The notes below the pieces were generated by a model. It saw nothing but the letters and a program-made list of their open reading frames with translations, did no database searches and was not told where the DNA came from. A DNA stretch of 64,000 bases. It comes from Candidatus Eiseniibacteriota bacterium. Its GTDB lineage: Bacteria; Eisenbacteria; RBG-16-71-46; CAZAMP01. Shown in pieces: positions 26,493-35,121 of this stretch; within the stretch, counting starts at the first letter, position 1, and each line of letters opens with the position of its first letter. Location of the stretch: NCBI GenBank assembly GCA_965224245.1, contig OZ245046.1, positions 2,784,001 through 2,848,000 on the forward strand. Reading direction: 5' to 3'. Position numbers and translations under genes: made by a program.

Positions 26493-29264
26493 CTATCGAG
26501 ACAGGAAGACCTTTCGGGTCTCCTCGAGACCGTTCGTCCGGAGCCGGTACATGTACACACCCGCCGGAACGAGGTGGCCGGCGTCCGAACGTCCGTCCCA
26601 CGCGATCGCGTGTCGACCGGCCGTGAGCATACCCTCACTGAGCGTGCGCACCGAGCGTCCGGTCACGTCGTAGACCTCGAGCTCGACGTGAGCGCCGCGG
26701 GCCAGATCGAACGAGATGTGGGTCGTCGTGCGGAACGGGTTGGGGCGCGCGCCGATGAGGTGCGTCACCACCGATGGACCGACGTCGGGCTGATCGCCGG
26801 AGATCGGCGCACCGAGGCGACGATTGGCGTCGTCGCGGAGGTCGCCGAGCACGATGGACGGCGCCGACCTCGGCCGCACGACCTCGAAGCGGAGCGTGGC
26901 CAGATCGCCGGATCCGACGATCGTGCGGCCCCGACCGAGGATCGCGCTGTCGATGACGAGCCCGTCCGGCGCGTCGTCGTGGGCCTGGAACGCACGCGCC
27001 GACTGATCACCCAGGAGCGCTCCCCGACCGACGCCGACGAGCCGCAGCGCGTCGCGATCGTAGTCGAGCACGGCGTGTACGGCCTTCGTGATCGACGTGT
27101 TGCCCTCGAGCACCAGGCGCGCCACCAGCGTGCCGCCGTCGACCGGGTCGACGACCAGGCTCAGGGCCGGCGCGTCGGCTCCGACCGCAGGATCACCGGC
27201 GGTCGGCTGCTCGCGGCTGACCTCGCCGAAGTTGATTCCGAACACGACGAGATCCTCGAAGTTGATCTCGTTGTCGGTCGTGGGCAGGCCGGTCGCCGAG
27301 AAGTCGTCGGTCGGGCCCACGTCGAGGCACGCGATCGGATCGCCGTCGGTGATGGTCTGGAAGTAGTTCGCTCCCAGAAGGCTGATGTCGGCCGTGGAGA
27401 CCGCGTTGTCGCCGTCACACGCGGCCAGGCCGTCCGAGACGTCGCCGAGGTGATAGTTCAGGGTGCCCGTGGTCCCGTTCGACGCCGGCGAGACCTCGCC
27501 GCAGGCCGAGGTCACGAACGCGACGTAGTAGTAGTAGTCGCGGGCGAGCGTCTCGTCGACCTGACCCGACGCCGTGACGCCGGTGAGCGTCCAGCCGTTC
27601 ACGAGCGCATCGGCCGGATCGGTCGGCAGTGCGGGCACGGCGCCTCCGAGGTCGTCGTACTCGGGATAGCTGCCGAAGCCCTTGCGGTAGACCTCGACCG
27701 CGTTGCCCACGCCGGGTTCGGTGAAGGAGATCGTGATGCCCGTGGTGCCGTCGGTGTCGTTGCCGGCGACCACCTGCGTGGCCGCGAGGTCGACGATGGC
27801 GACCGGAGCCGCCACGTCGATCCCGATCTCGAGCACGGGACCGGGATCGCCGGGGATCGGCTGGTTGTCGCAGTCCCGGATCGTCACCGCGTCGACGGTG
27901 AGGGTGCCCACGCCGTCGGTGCCGGTGTCGGTGACGTCGACCGTGAACAGGACCCCGGGATCGGTCGGGCCGCAGTTGCCGCCGAGGATCGTGGCGTCCA
28001 CGGTATAGGAGCCACCGCCCAGATCGGCCACCTGGAACGCGGTGCAGCCGCCGCCGCAGAACCCGGACAGATACGATCCTTCGATGACGCTGCTGGTGCC
28101 GGCGCACAGCGCCAGCTCGGGACTGAGCGTGAACGTGACCGAGTACGCGCGAACGGGGTCTGTGTTCGTGCGCTCGAAGTAGAAGTCGATCGTCTGGCAG
28201 GGCTCGACCTCTGTGATGCAGTCGCCCGTACCCTGTGGCTGCACCTCGTCCACGCCCACGAAGGTCGCGGTGAGGACGAGCTCGGTCGCGCCGTACGTGG
28301 GAACGAGCAGCATGCCGCCCCCGAGGTCGAGGCTCGCCGTGTCCGAGAACGTGCCGGACGCCGACCCGTAGGTCGCGACCGTGAACATGTCACCGTCGGT
28401 CGGGAAGAAGCCGCCGATCAGCGACACGTCGATGGCGCCGTCGAGCGTGGCCGTGCCGCTCACGGCCAGCACGTCGTACTCGCCGGCGAGCGTGCCGCCG
28501 AGCTCGATGGCCAGCGAGCCACCCGAGCCCTGGTCGAAGTCCCCGGTCACGGACAGCGTGCCCGCGCCCGAGCCCGGGCTCACGGTGCCGTCGTTGCCGA
28601 GCGACGCGGTGGTCACCGTGCCCTCGCCCGTGACCTCGCCGTCAGATGTGTTCGTCAGCGTCGGCACGTCGAGGGACGAGCCGGGGCCGAGAACGACGTC
28701 CCCGTTGTTCGTCAGCGCCGACGACAGCGTGAGGGACGCGGTCGGGGTCAGCATGATCGTCGAGCCCGTGTTGGACGTGATCGGCGCGCTGATCGTGCTC
28801 ACTCCCGACACCTCGAGCTGGCCGCTGTTCGCCATGCTGGAGACCGAGATCGTGGATCCGTCCAGCGTGACCAGCGCCAGGTTCGACAGGACGCCGGAAC
28901 CGGTCACGTCTCCGCCGTTGCTGATCGAGAGCACGCCACCCTGATTGAAGACCGACGGCGTGGCCGACGTGATCGTGAGCGAGGTCGCGTCGACGAGCAC
29001 CTGCTGCTGGCCGATCGCCGAGCCGGCGGTCACGCGGATCACCGTCACCGGAGCGTCGACCGTCACGTTGTAGGTTCCACCGACCTGAACGAACGCGATG
29101 TCGGAGGCGCCGGGCACCTGCATCGGGTCCCATTTCGTCGCGTCGGACCAGTTGCCGTTGACCGACGCATCCCAGTTGATCACGATGGCGCTCGCCGACA
29201 GCGGCGCCGCCAGCGTCGCGATCACCGAGACGGCTCCGAGGGTCCTTCGATTGAGTAGGTTCAT
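26493..29264 (-). CDS. Secreted multidomain protein: beta-helix-like N-region, cohesin-like, FnIII-like, dockerin-like, second cohesin-like, FlgD/T9SS-like CTD
   Basis: GAAGGAG RBS and signal peptide ..ASA. Passenger-type repeat GTVSPGSGAGTLSVTGDF...ELGG...YDVL.VSG.ATLDG. Paired Ca-loop helices DGDNAVSTADISLLGANY and DNEINFEDLVVFGINFG. CTD PNPF...WDGRSDAG..VPAGVY. Confidence 0.8.
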   Translation of the reverse strand: MNLLNRRTLGAVSVIATLAAPLSASAIVINWDASVNGNWSDATKWDPMQVPGASDIAFVQVGGTYNVTVDAPVTVIRVTAGSAIGQQQVLVDATSLTITSATPSVFNQGGVLSISNGGDVTGSGVLSNLALVTLDGSTISVSSMANSGQLEVSGVSTISAPITSNTGSTIMLTPTASLTLSSALTNNGDVVLGPGSSLDVPTLTNTSDGEVTGEGTVTTASLGNDGTVSPGSGAGTLSVTGDFDQGSGGSLAIELGGTLAGEYDVLAVSGTATLDGAIDVSLIGGFFPTDGDMFTVATYGSASGTFSDTASLDLGGGMLLVPTYGATELVLTATFVGVDEVQPQGTGDCITEVEPCQTIDFYFERTNTDPVRAYSVTFTLSPELALCAGTSSVIEGSYLSGFCGGGCTAFQVADLGGGSYTVDATILGGNCGPTDPGVLFTVDVTDTGTDGVGTLTVDAVTIRDCDNQPIPGDPGPVLEIGIDVAAPVAIVDLAATQVVAGNDTDGTTGITISFTEPGVGNAVEVYRKGFGSYPEYDDLGGAVPALPTDPADALVNGWTLTGVTASGQVDETLARDYYYYVAFVTSACGEVSPASNGTTGTLNYHLGDVSDGLAACDGDNAVSTADISLLGANYFQTITDGDPIACLDVGPTDDFSATGLPTTDNEINFEDLVVFGINFGEVSREQPTAGDPAVGADAPALSLVVDPVDGGTLVARLVLEGNTSITKAVHAVLDYDRDALRLVGVGRGALLGDQSARAFQAHDDAPDGLVIDSAILGRGRTIVGSGDLATLRFEVVRPRSAPSIVLGDLRDDANRRLGAPISGDQPDVGPSVVTHLIGARPNPFRTTTHISFDLARGAHVELEVYDVTGRSVRTLSEGMLTAGRHAIAWDGRSDAGHLVPAGVYMYRLRTNGLEETRKVFLSR

Positions 29265-29881
29265 GTGATGGGCTCCTTCGATCCCGGCCGATCGTGCCAC
29301 GCGATCGGTCGACGGCGATGCGGACGCCGATCGACGACGTCCACCGTTGAAAAGCGCGCCCCCGACGCGGCTCCGGCGTCGGCGACCTTGCTGTACACGC
29401 AGAGGCGTTTCGTTCTTGCGACGTGTGTGCGAGGCATCACGGTGGATTCCCGGCCGGCGGCTCGGTGGTGGGCACGAACGACCCCAGGCGAGCAGGCTCG
29501 GCCGTCGACCGGCGCACCAGCACCGAATCGGAAGCCGGCTGTTCGCGCGGCGCTCGGGTAGCCCCCCAGGCCCGGCAGAAAAGGCAGCGTCTCCCGCAGC
29601 TCCCCCGACGCAACGATCACTAGTGTACCGAGTCGCCGGAAAAACGGTCAAATGTCTCACCTGGCGGGCCGAGGCGTCGCCGGCCGGACGCTTCCGTCGA
29701 CCGCCGATCGAGTCCTCCCGACGCGACAAAACGTAACCATCGCCGCCGCAGACGGTATGGCTGGACAACCCCAAGCCACGCCCCGGGCCAGTCGCAATGC
29801 CGGCAGAGGGGCGGATCTTCATCCTGCGATCGGTTTCAGCCGCTCCGTGGGCGGTGCCCGCTCCCAAAACGAGGTCTTGCC

Positions 29882-30793
29882 ATGCTGCGTGTTCGAAAGC
29901 TCGTGAAGGTCTATCCCGGCCCGGTGACGGCGCTGGAAGGCATCGACCTCGACGTCGAGCCGGGGATGTTCGGACTCCTCGGGCCCAACGGGGCCGGCAA
30001 GTCGACCACGATGCGGATCCTGGCGGGCCTCCTGGAGGCCACGTCGGGCGAGGTCGAGCTCGACGGCCACGACATTCTCACGGATCCCGCGTACGTCCGC
30101 CGGTGCCTCGGATACCTGCCCCAGGATTTTGGCTTCTACCCGAACCTGACCGGCGAGGCCATGCTGGCGTATCTGCTGCGCCTCAAGGGCGTCGTCGCGC
30201 CGTCCGGGTACCGGTCCCTGGTCGGGAGCCTGCTGGAACGCGTCAACCTGAGCCATGCAGCCAGGCGCAAGCTGAAGGGTTACTCGGGAGGCATGCGGCA
30301 GCGCCTGGGGATCGCGCAGGCCATTGCGGGCGACCCCCGGATCATCATCGTGGACGAGCCGACGGCGGGCCTCGACCCCGAGGAGCGCCACCGCTTCTAT
30401 CGACTCCTGGCCGAGCTCGCGACCGATCGCATCGTGCTGTTGTCGACGCACATCGTGGAGGACGTCGCCGTGCTGTGCTCGCGATTCGCCGTGATCTCCG
30501 GCGGGCGCCTGGTGACCACGACCACGCCCACCGAGGCGCGCGACGCGCTGGCGGGAGGCATGTTCGAGGGACACGCCACCGACGAGGAGGTCCTGCAGCT
30601 CGGCCGGCGGTATCGCGTCACGCAGGCGGTGCTGGTCGAGGGACGCAACCGCGTCCGCATTCACGCCCCCGGCGGCGATCCGCCCCACGGCTTCGACCCG
30701 GTCGCACCGTCCCTGGAAGATGCCTACATGGCACTCGTTCGCGGAGCCCAGGACGCGCCGGACGCAACCGTCGAGACCGGGAGCATCCGATGA
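29882..30793 (+). CDS. ABC transporter ATP-binding protein
   Basis: Walker A GPNGAGKST, signature YSGGMRQR, Walker B IIVDEP, STH switch. Confidence 0.96.
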   Translation: MLRVRKLVKVYPGPVTALEGIDLDVEPGMFGLLGPNGAGKSTTMRILAGLLEATSGEVELDGHDILTDPAYVRRCLGYLPQDFGFYPNLTGEAMLAYLLRLKGVVAPSGYRSLVGSLLERVNLSHAARRKLKGYSGGMRQRLGIAQAIAGDPRIIIVDEPTAGLDPEERHRFYRLLAELATDRIVLLSTHIVEDVAVLCSRFAVISGGRLVTTTTPTEARDALAGGMFEGHATDEEVLQLGRRYRVTQAVLVEGRNRVRIHAPGGDPPHGFDPVAPSLEDAYMALVRGAQDAPDATVETGSIR

Positions 30794-33700
30794 GCCGCGA
30801 GCGGTTCATGACGCTGTTCGCAACCGATCTTCGCCATCACCTGACGCGGCCGCTGGTCTGGGTGCTGGTCGTCATCGTCGCGATCATGAGCTGGGGGCTC
30901 TCGCGTGGCTTCGTCCAGATCAGCTCGGGCGACACCACGATCGGCGGCACACAGGCCTGGATCACCTCCGAGTTCGCGATCGCGTTCATGTTCCCGGTCA
31001 TCACGACGCTGATCTACGCGTTCTTCGTCGCCGTCGGCGCCGGCATGTCCGTGCCCCGGGACCTGGAGGTGGGAATCGGCGAGCTCCAGCACGCCACGCC
31101 GCTGACCGCGCGCGAGTACGTCTGGTCGAAGTTCGGCGCCGTACTGGCGGCGTTCGTGATCGTGCTGATCGTACACCTGTGCATCTTGATGTTCTGTAAT
31201 CACGTCCTGCCGAACCCGGACGCCGACGAGATTCGCGGCGGCTTCCTCCTGGCGGCCTACCTGAGGCCGCTCGTCTTCATGGCGCTGCCCTGTGTGGTGT
31301 TCTTCTGCGGCGTGTCGTTCATGATCGGCGAGACCGCGCGCCGGCCGATCGTGGTGTTCAGCTTTCCGGTGATCGTACTGTCGATCTGTGTGTTCTTTCT
31401 CTTCGAGTGGTCGCCGAGCTGGCTCGATCCATCGGTGAACCGGATCCTCATGTGGATCGAGCCGTCGGGCTTTCGCTGGCTCAACGAGACGTGGTTGAAG
31501 CTCGACCGGGGCGTCGACTTCTACAACACGACCGCCATTCCCTACGATCTACCGTTCCTCCTGAGTCGGCTCGGGTTCGCGGCGATCGCACTGGCCGCGG
31601 TGGTGGGCTCCGAGCGGCACTTCGCCAGGGCGCTTCGAGGCAGCGCGAGCGCCCGGCTGACCGGGCCGCGGATCGCCGAGCCCCCCGCGGCGTCACGCCC
31701 CGTCGGCGCCGGCGCGCCGTCGGTTCGCGACCTGGGCATGACGACCCGTCCCCCGTCGTTCCTGGGAACGGTGGTGACCGTCATGCGCGCGGAGGCCCGG
31801 AACCTCCGGAGCCAGCCCGGCCTGTACATCTTCGTGCCACTGCTGCTCCTGCAGACGATCTCCAACATGACGTTCCAGACCGGCGCCTTCGACACGCCGA
31901 TCCTGCTCACCTCGGGCCTCGCGGCCACGATGGCCATGAACACGCTGTCGTTCTGGGTGTGCGTGCTCATGATGTTCTACATCGTCGAGTCCACGATGCG
32001 TGAGCGGAACACGAAGCTGCTCCCCATCGCCTACTCCACCCCCGTCTCCACGCCGGCCTTCCTGCTGGGAAAGGCGCTGGCCAACGGCATCGTGGCGCTC
32101 GTCGTGCTGCTGACCGCGCTTGTGGGTGCGATCATCGTGATGCTCGTACAGGGACAGGTCGCTCCCACGCTGAGACCGTTCGCGATCGTCTGGGGGTTGC
32201 TCCTGTTTCCGACGTTTCTCGCGTGGTCGGCCTACGTCCTCGCGCTCTTCGCCGTCACCGGGAGCCGCTACGGAACCTACGGGCTGGCGCTGGCCACCAT
32301 CGCGTTCACGGGCTGGAAGCAGCTCCGGGGCGAGGTCGACTGGCTCGGCAACTGGACGCTCTGGGGCAGCGTCGGCTGGACCGATTTCGGCAGCGTCGAC
32401 CCCAACGCCTTCGCGCTCGCGTTGAACCGGCTGTTCTACCTCGGGATCACGGTCGTCCTGATCGCGGTGACGACGCGCGTGTTTCCGCGACGAGAGCACG
32501 ACCCGTCGAGAACCGTCGACCGTCTGGGAGCGCCTCGCTTCTTCCGTGCCGCGATGCGCCTGAGCCCGTTCGCGATCCCGGCCGCCGTGGTGGGCACCTT
32601 CCTCGCGTTTCAGCTGGCGCGCGGACCGCAGAGCGAGGCGGCCGAGAACCGGGCCAAGGAGTACTGGGGCCGCAACGTGGCCACGTGGCTGAACGGCAAG
32701 AGCCCGCACATCACGTCCGCGGACGTCCACGCGACGTTCGACCCGGCGAGCTCGGCCTTCGAGGTGGACGGCACGTACGGTCTCACCAACCCCCACGACG
32801 AGCCGCTGTCTCACGTGCCGATGTCGGTCGGGGCGCACTTCGGGGACGTCACCTGGACGCTGGACGGAGCGCCCGCCGAGCCCGAGGACCGATCGAAGCT
32901 CTTCGTGTTCGAGCTCGAGCCGGCGCTCGCGAACGGCGACACCATCCGGATCGGGTTCGCGTACGAGGCTCGCTTCCCGCCCGGCATCACCAGGAACGGC
33001 GGTGGCATGGGGGAGTTCGTGCTGCCCAGCGGGATCGTGCTCACGTCGTTCGGATCGACGTTCGTCCCGGTCCCGTACTTCGAGGACGGTCGCGGCGTTG
33101 ACGAGGACAACCACTACGACCCCAGGGACTACGACGACGACTTCTACGAGGGGGTCACGCTGCCCGGGTTCGGCGGCGGCTCTCGCTACCCCGTGCGCAC
33201 GGTCATCACCGGCCCGATCGACTACGTGTTTCACGGGGTGGGAGAGAAGACGTCCGACGTCATCGACGGAGATCTCCGCACGGTCACCTTCGAGACCGAG
33301 TACCCGGTGAACTTCTTCAACGTCGTCGGCAACCGCCACTGGGCTCGGCACGAGGGCGACGGGACCGAGGTCTACTACCTCCCGACGCACGACTACAACA
33401 TCCAGGAGATCGGCGACGCCCTCGACGCGGCGCGGAGGTACTACTCGGAGTGGTTCCATCCGTTTCCCTGGAAGACGCTCCGGCTGAGCGAGTTTCCCGC
33501 GCTGGCGAACTACGCGCAGGGCTTCGCCACCAACATCACGTTCTCGGAGAACATCGGATTCCTGACCCGGAGTCGAGAGGATGCCCGCGCCGCATTCACG
33601 GTGACCGCGCACGAGGCGGCGCACCAGTGGTGGGGCAACCTCCTCCTGCCCGGCGACGGCCCGGGCGGCAACGTGCTGTCCGAAGGCATGGCTCACTTCT

Positions 33701-34410
33701 CGACCGCGCTTCTCGTCGAGCAGGTGCACGGGCTCGAGGGACGCGTGGGCTTTCTGTCGCGCATCGAGGAGAGCTACGGCGACAACCGCCGCATCGACTC
33801 CGAGAAGCCCCTCGTGTGGGTCGACGGATCCAAGGGTGGCGACACGACGGTCACCTACGACAAGGGCGGCTGGGTCTTCTTGATGCTGCACGAGCTGATC
33901 GGACGCGAGGCCGGGTTCGCCGGCCTCCGGGCCTTCATCGATCACTACTCACGCGATCCCGATCACCCCGTACTGCAGGACTTCGTCCGCCACATGCGAG
34001 CCTACGCGCCGGACGCGGCGGCTTACGACGCATTCGTGGACCAGTGGTTCTTCCAGGTGGTGGTCCCGGAGTTCCGGCTCGAGGTCGAGGACGTGTCCGA
34101 GGCGCCCGAGGACCGATGGAGCGTCACCGCGACCATCGAGAACGTCGGCACCGGAATCGTCGAGCCGGAGATCGCGCTCACCCGCGGTGCGCGGTTTCGG
34201 GAGGACGGCACCGCCGGCGAGGGACCGGAAGAAGACGACACCGGCGACGGACCCGAGCGTTTTGAGGAGGTTCGGACGACGGTGCGTCTCGCGGCCGGCG
34301 ACCGCGAGACGTTCACGATTGTCTCGGGCTTCGAGCCCGAGCGGATCGTCGTGGATCCGGACTGCCGCGTCCTCCAGCTCCGCCGGGACGACGCGGCGGC
34401 CGAGCTCTGA
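30790..34410 (+). CDS. ABC-2-type permease fused to an M1-like zinc aminopeptidase
   Basis: ATGA coupling to the ATPase. Two hydrophobic permease halves, then a soluble domain with HEAAHQWW-x-SEG (HExxH-x18-E) and YDKGG. Confidence 0.9.
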   Translation: MSRERFMTLFATDLRHHLTRPLVWVLVVIVAIMSWGLSRGFVQISSGDTTIGGTQAWITSEFAIAFMFPVITTLIYAFFVAVGAGMSVPRDLEVGIGELQHATPLTAREYVWSKFGAVLAAFVIVLIVHLCILMFCNHVLPNPDADEIRGGFLLAAYLRPLVFMALPCVVFFCGVSFMIGETARRPIVVFSFPVIVLSICVFFLFEWSPSWLDPSVNRILMWIEPSGFRWLNETWLKLDRGVDFYNTTAIPYDLPFLLSRLGFAAIALAAVVGSERHFARALRGSASARLTGPRIAEPPAASRPVGAGAPSVRDLGMTTRPPSFLGTVVTVMRAEARNLRSQPGLYIFVPLLLLQTISNMTFQTGAFDTPILLTSGLAATMAMNTLSFWVCVLMMFYIVESTMRERNTKLLPIAYSTPVSTPAFLLGKALANGIVALVVLLTALVGAIIVMLVQGQVAPTLRPFAIVWGLLLFPTFLAWSAYVLALFAVTGSRYGTYGLALATIAFTGWKQLRGEVDWLGNWTLWGSVGWTDFGSVDPNAFALALNRLFYLGITVVLIAVTTRVFPRREHDPSRTVDRLGAPRFFRAAMRLSPFAIPAAVVGTFLAFQLARGPQSEAAENRAKEYWGRNVATWLNGKSPHITSADVHATFDPASSAFEVDGTYGLTNPHDEPLSHVPMSVGAHFGDVTWTLDGAPAEPEDRSKLFVFELEPALANGDTIRIGFAYEARFPPGITRNGGGMGEFVLPSGIVLTSFGSTFVPVPYFEDGRGVDEDNHYDPRDYDDDFYEGVTLPGFGGGSRYPVRTVITGPIDYVFHGVGEKTSDVIDGDLRTVTFETEYPVNFFNVVGNRHWARHEGDGTEVYYLPTHDYNIQEIGDALDAARRYYSEWFHPFPWKTLRLSEFPALANYAQGFATNITFSENIGFLTRSREDARAAFTVTAHEAAHQWWGNLLLPGDGPGGNVLSEGMAHFSTALLVEQVHGLEGRVGFLSRIEESYGDNRRIDSEKPLVWVDGSKGGDTTVTYDKGGWVFLMLHELIGREAGFAGLRAFIDHYSRDPDHPVLQDFVRHMRAYAPDAAAYDAFVDQWFFQVVVPEFRLEVEDVSEAPEDRWSVTATIENVGTGIVEPEIALTRGARFREDGTAGEGPEEDDTGDGPERFEEVRTTVRLAAGDRETFTIVSGFEPERIVVDPDCRVLQLRRDDAAAEL

Positions 34411-34439
34411 GCACCCGGGTCCGGCCGCTTCGGGCAGGA

Positions 34440-34473
34440 CACCCGGCAGCACGTCCGTGCGTGCCGCCGGGTG
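34440..34473 (-). terminator. Hairpin downstream of sodN, between convergent genes
   Basis: cacccggcagcacg-N6-cgtgccgccgggtg forms a 14-bp stem. The single mismatch becomes G:U on the minus strand. Confidence 0.55.
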
Positions 34474-34490
34474 GATCCCGGCGACCGCGA

Positions 34491-34940
34491 TCAGTGTCCG
34501 TGGCCGTAGGCCTCGTGAAAGGCGGTGATCAGCGTCCGGAGGCTCTCGACGTGCGTGCCATCGGTGGTCTGCTTGCACTTCATCGCGTGATGGACGATCC
34601 CGTGAAGCAGGGCCAGCTTGGCGGTGTACGCGGTGTAGGCCTCGGCGTCGGACGGATCCACCGGCGCGATGCGCTGGGCCAGGAAGTAGTACGTCGCGAT
34701 CTGCGAGAGATTGTCCGCGTGCTGATCCTTGTTCGCCACCCAGCGCACGACCTGATTCTGGGGCTGCCCCTCGGCCGTGATCTGGGTCATCGCTTTCTCG
34801 ATCGTCGTGACGTGCTCGTTCATCAGGGTAAAGCGCGCCTCGTCGTCGTAGATTCCGCAGGGCACCTGACAGTGGGCATCGACGTCGCGCACCCCGGCCA
34901 GCGCGCCCACGAGAAGTGCGATCCCGAGTATCCGTCGCAT
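34491..34940 (-). CDS. sodN: Nickel superoxide dismutase with signal peptide
   Basis: Ni-hook HCQVPCGIYD directly after the Sec-type signal ...VDA. Also RWV..K..HA and AMKCKQTTD. Confidence 0.9.
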   Translation of the reverse strand: MRRILGIALLVGALAGVRDVDAHCQVPCGIYDDEARFTLMNEHVTTIEKAMTQITAEGQPQNQVVRWVANKDQHADNLSQIATYYFLAQRIAPVDPSDAEAYTAYTAKLALLHGIVHHAMKCKQTTDGTHVESLRTLITAFHEAYGHGH

Positions 34941-35060
34941 GTTTCGTCATCCTTTCGTCGGGCGGACGCGACCCTCCAGGCGGATCCTGTCATGGCCACG
35001 TCCATCCCACGCGTTGGCGAACCAGAGTAGCAGGCCGACGGCGACGCGCAAGCAACGCGA

Positions 35061-35092
35061 GACGGCCGCCCGAGAGGTCTCGGACGGCCGTC
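35061..35092 (-). terminator. Hairpin downstream of the OmpA-like gene
   Basis: gacggccgcccgag-aggt-ctcggacggccgtc, a 14-bp stem that is fully paired (one G:U) on the minus strand. Confidence 0.55.
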
Positions 35093-35121
35093 GTCGGACG
35101 CGCAGGGGTCGACGAGGTCGA

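Noticed and set aside
29797-30789. 1537-aa ORF suggesting an ATPase-permease-peptidase single chain
   Set aside because: The ATPase is in another frame and stops at 30793. The permease starts at the overlapping ATG at 30790.
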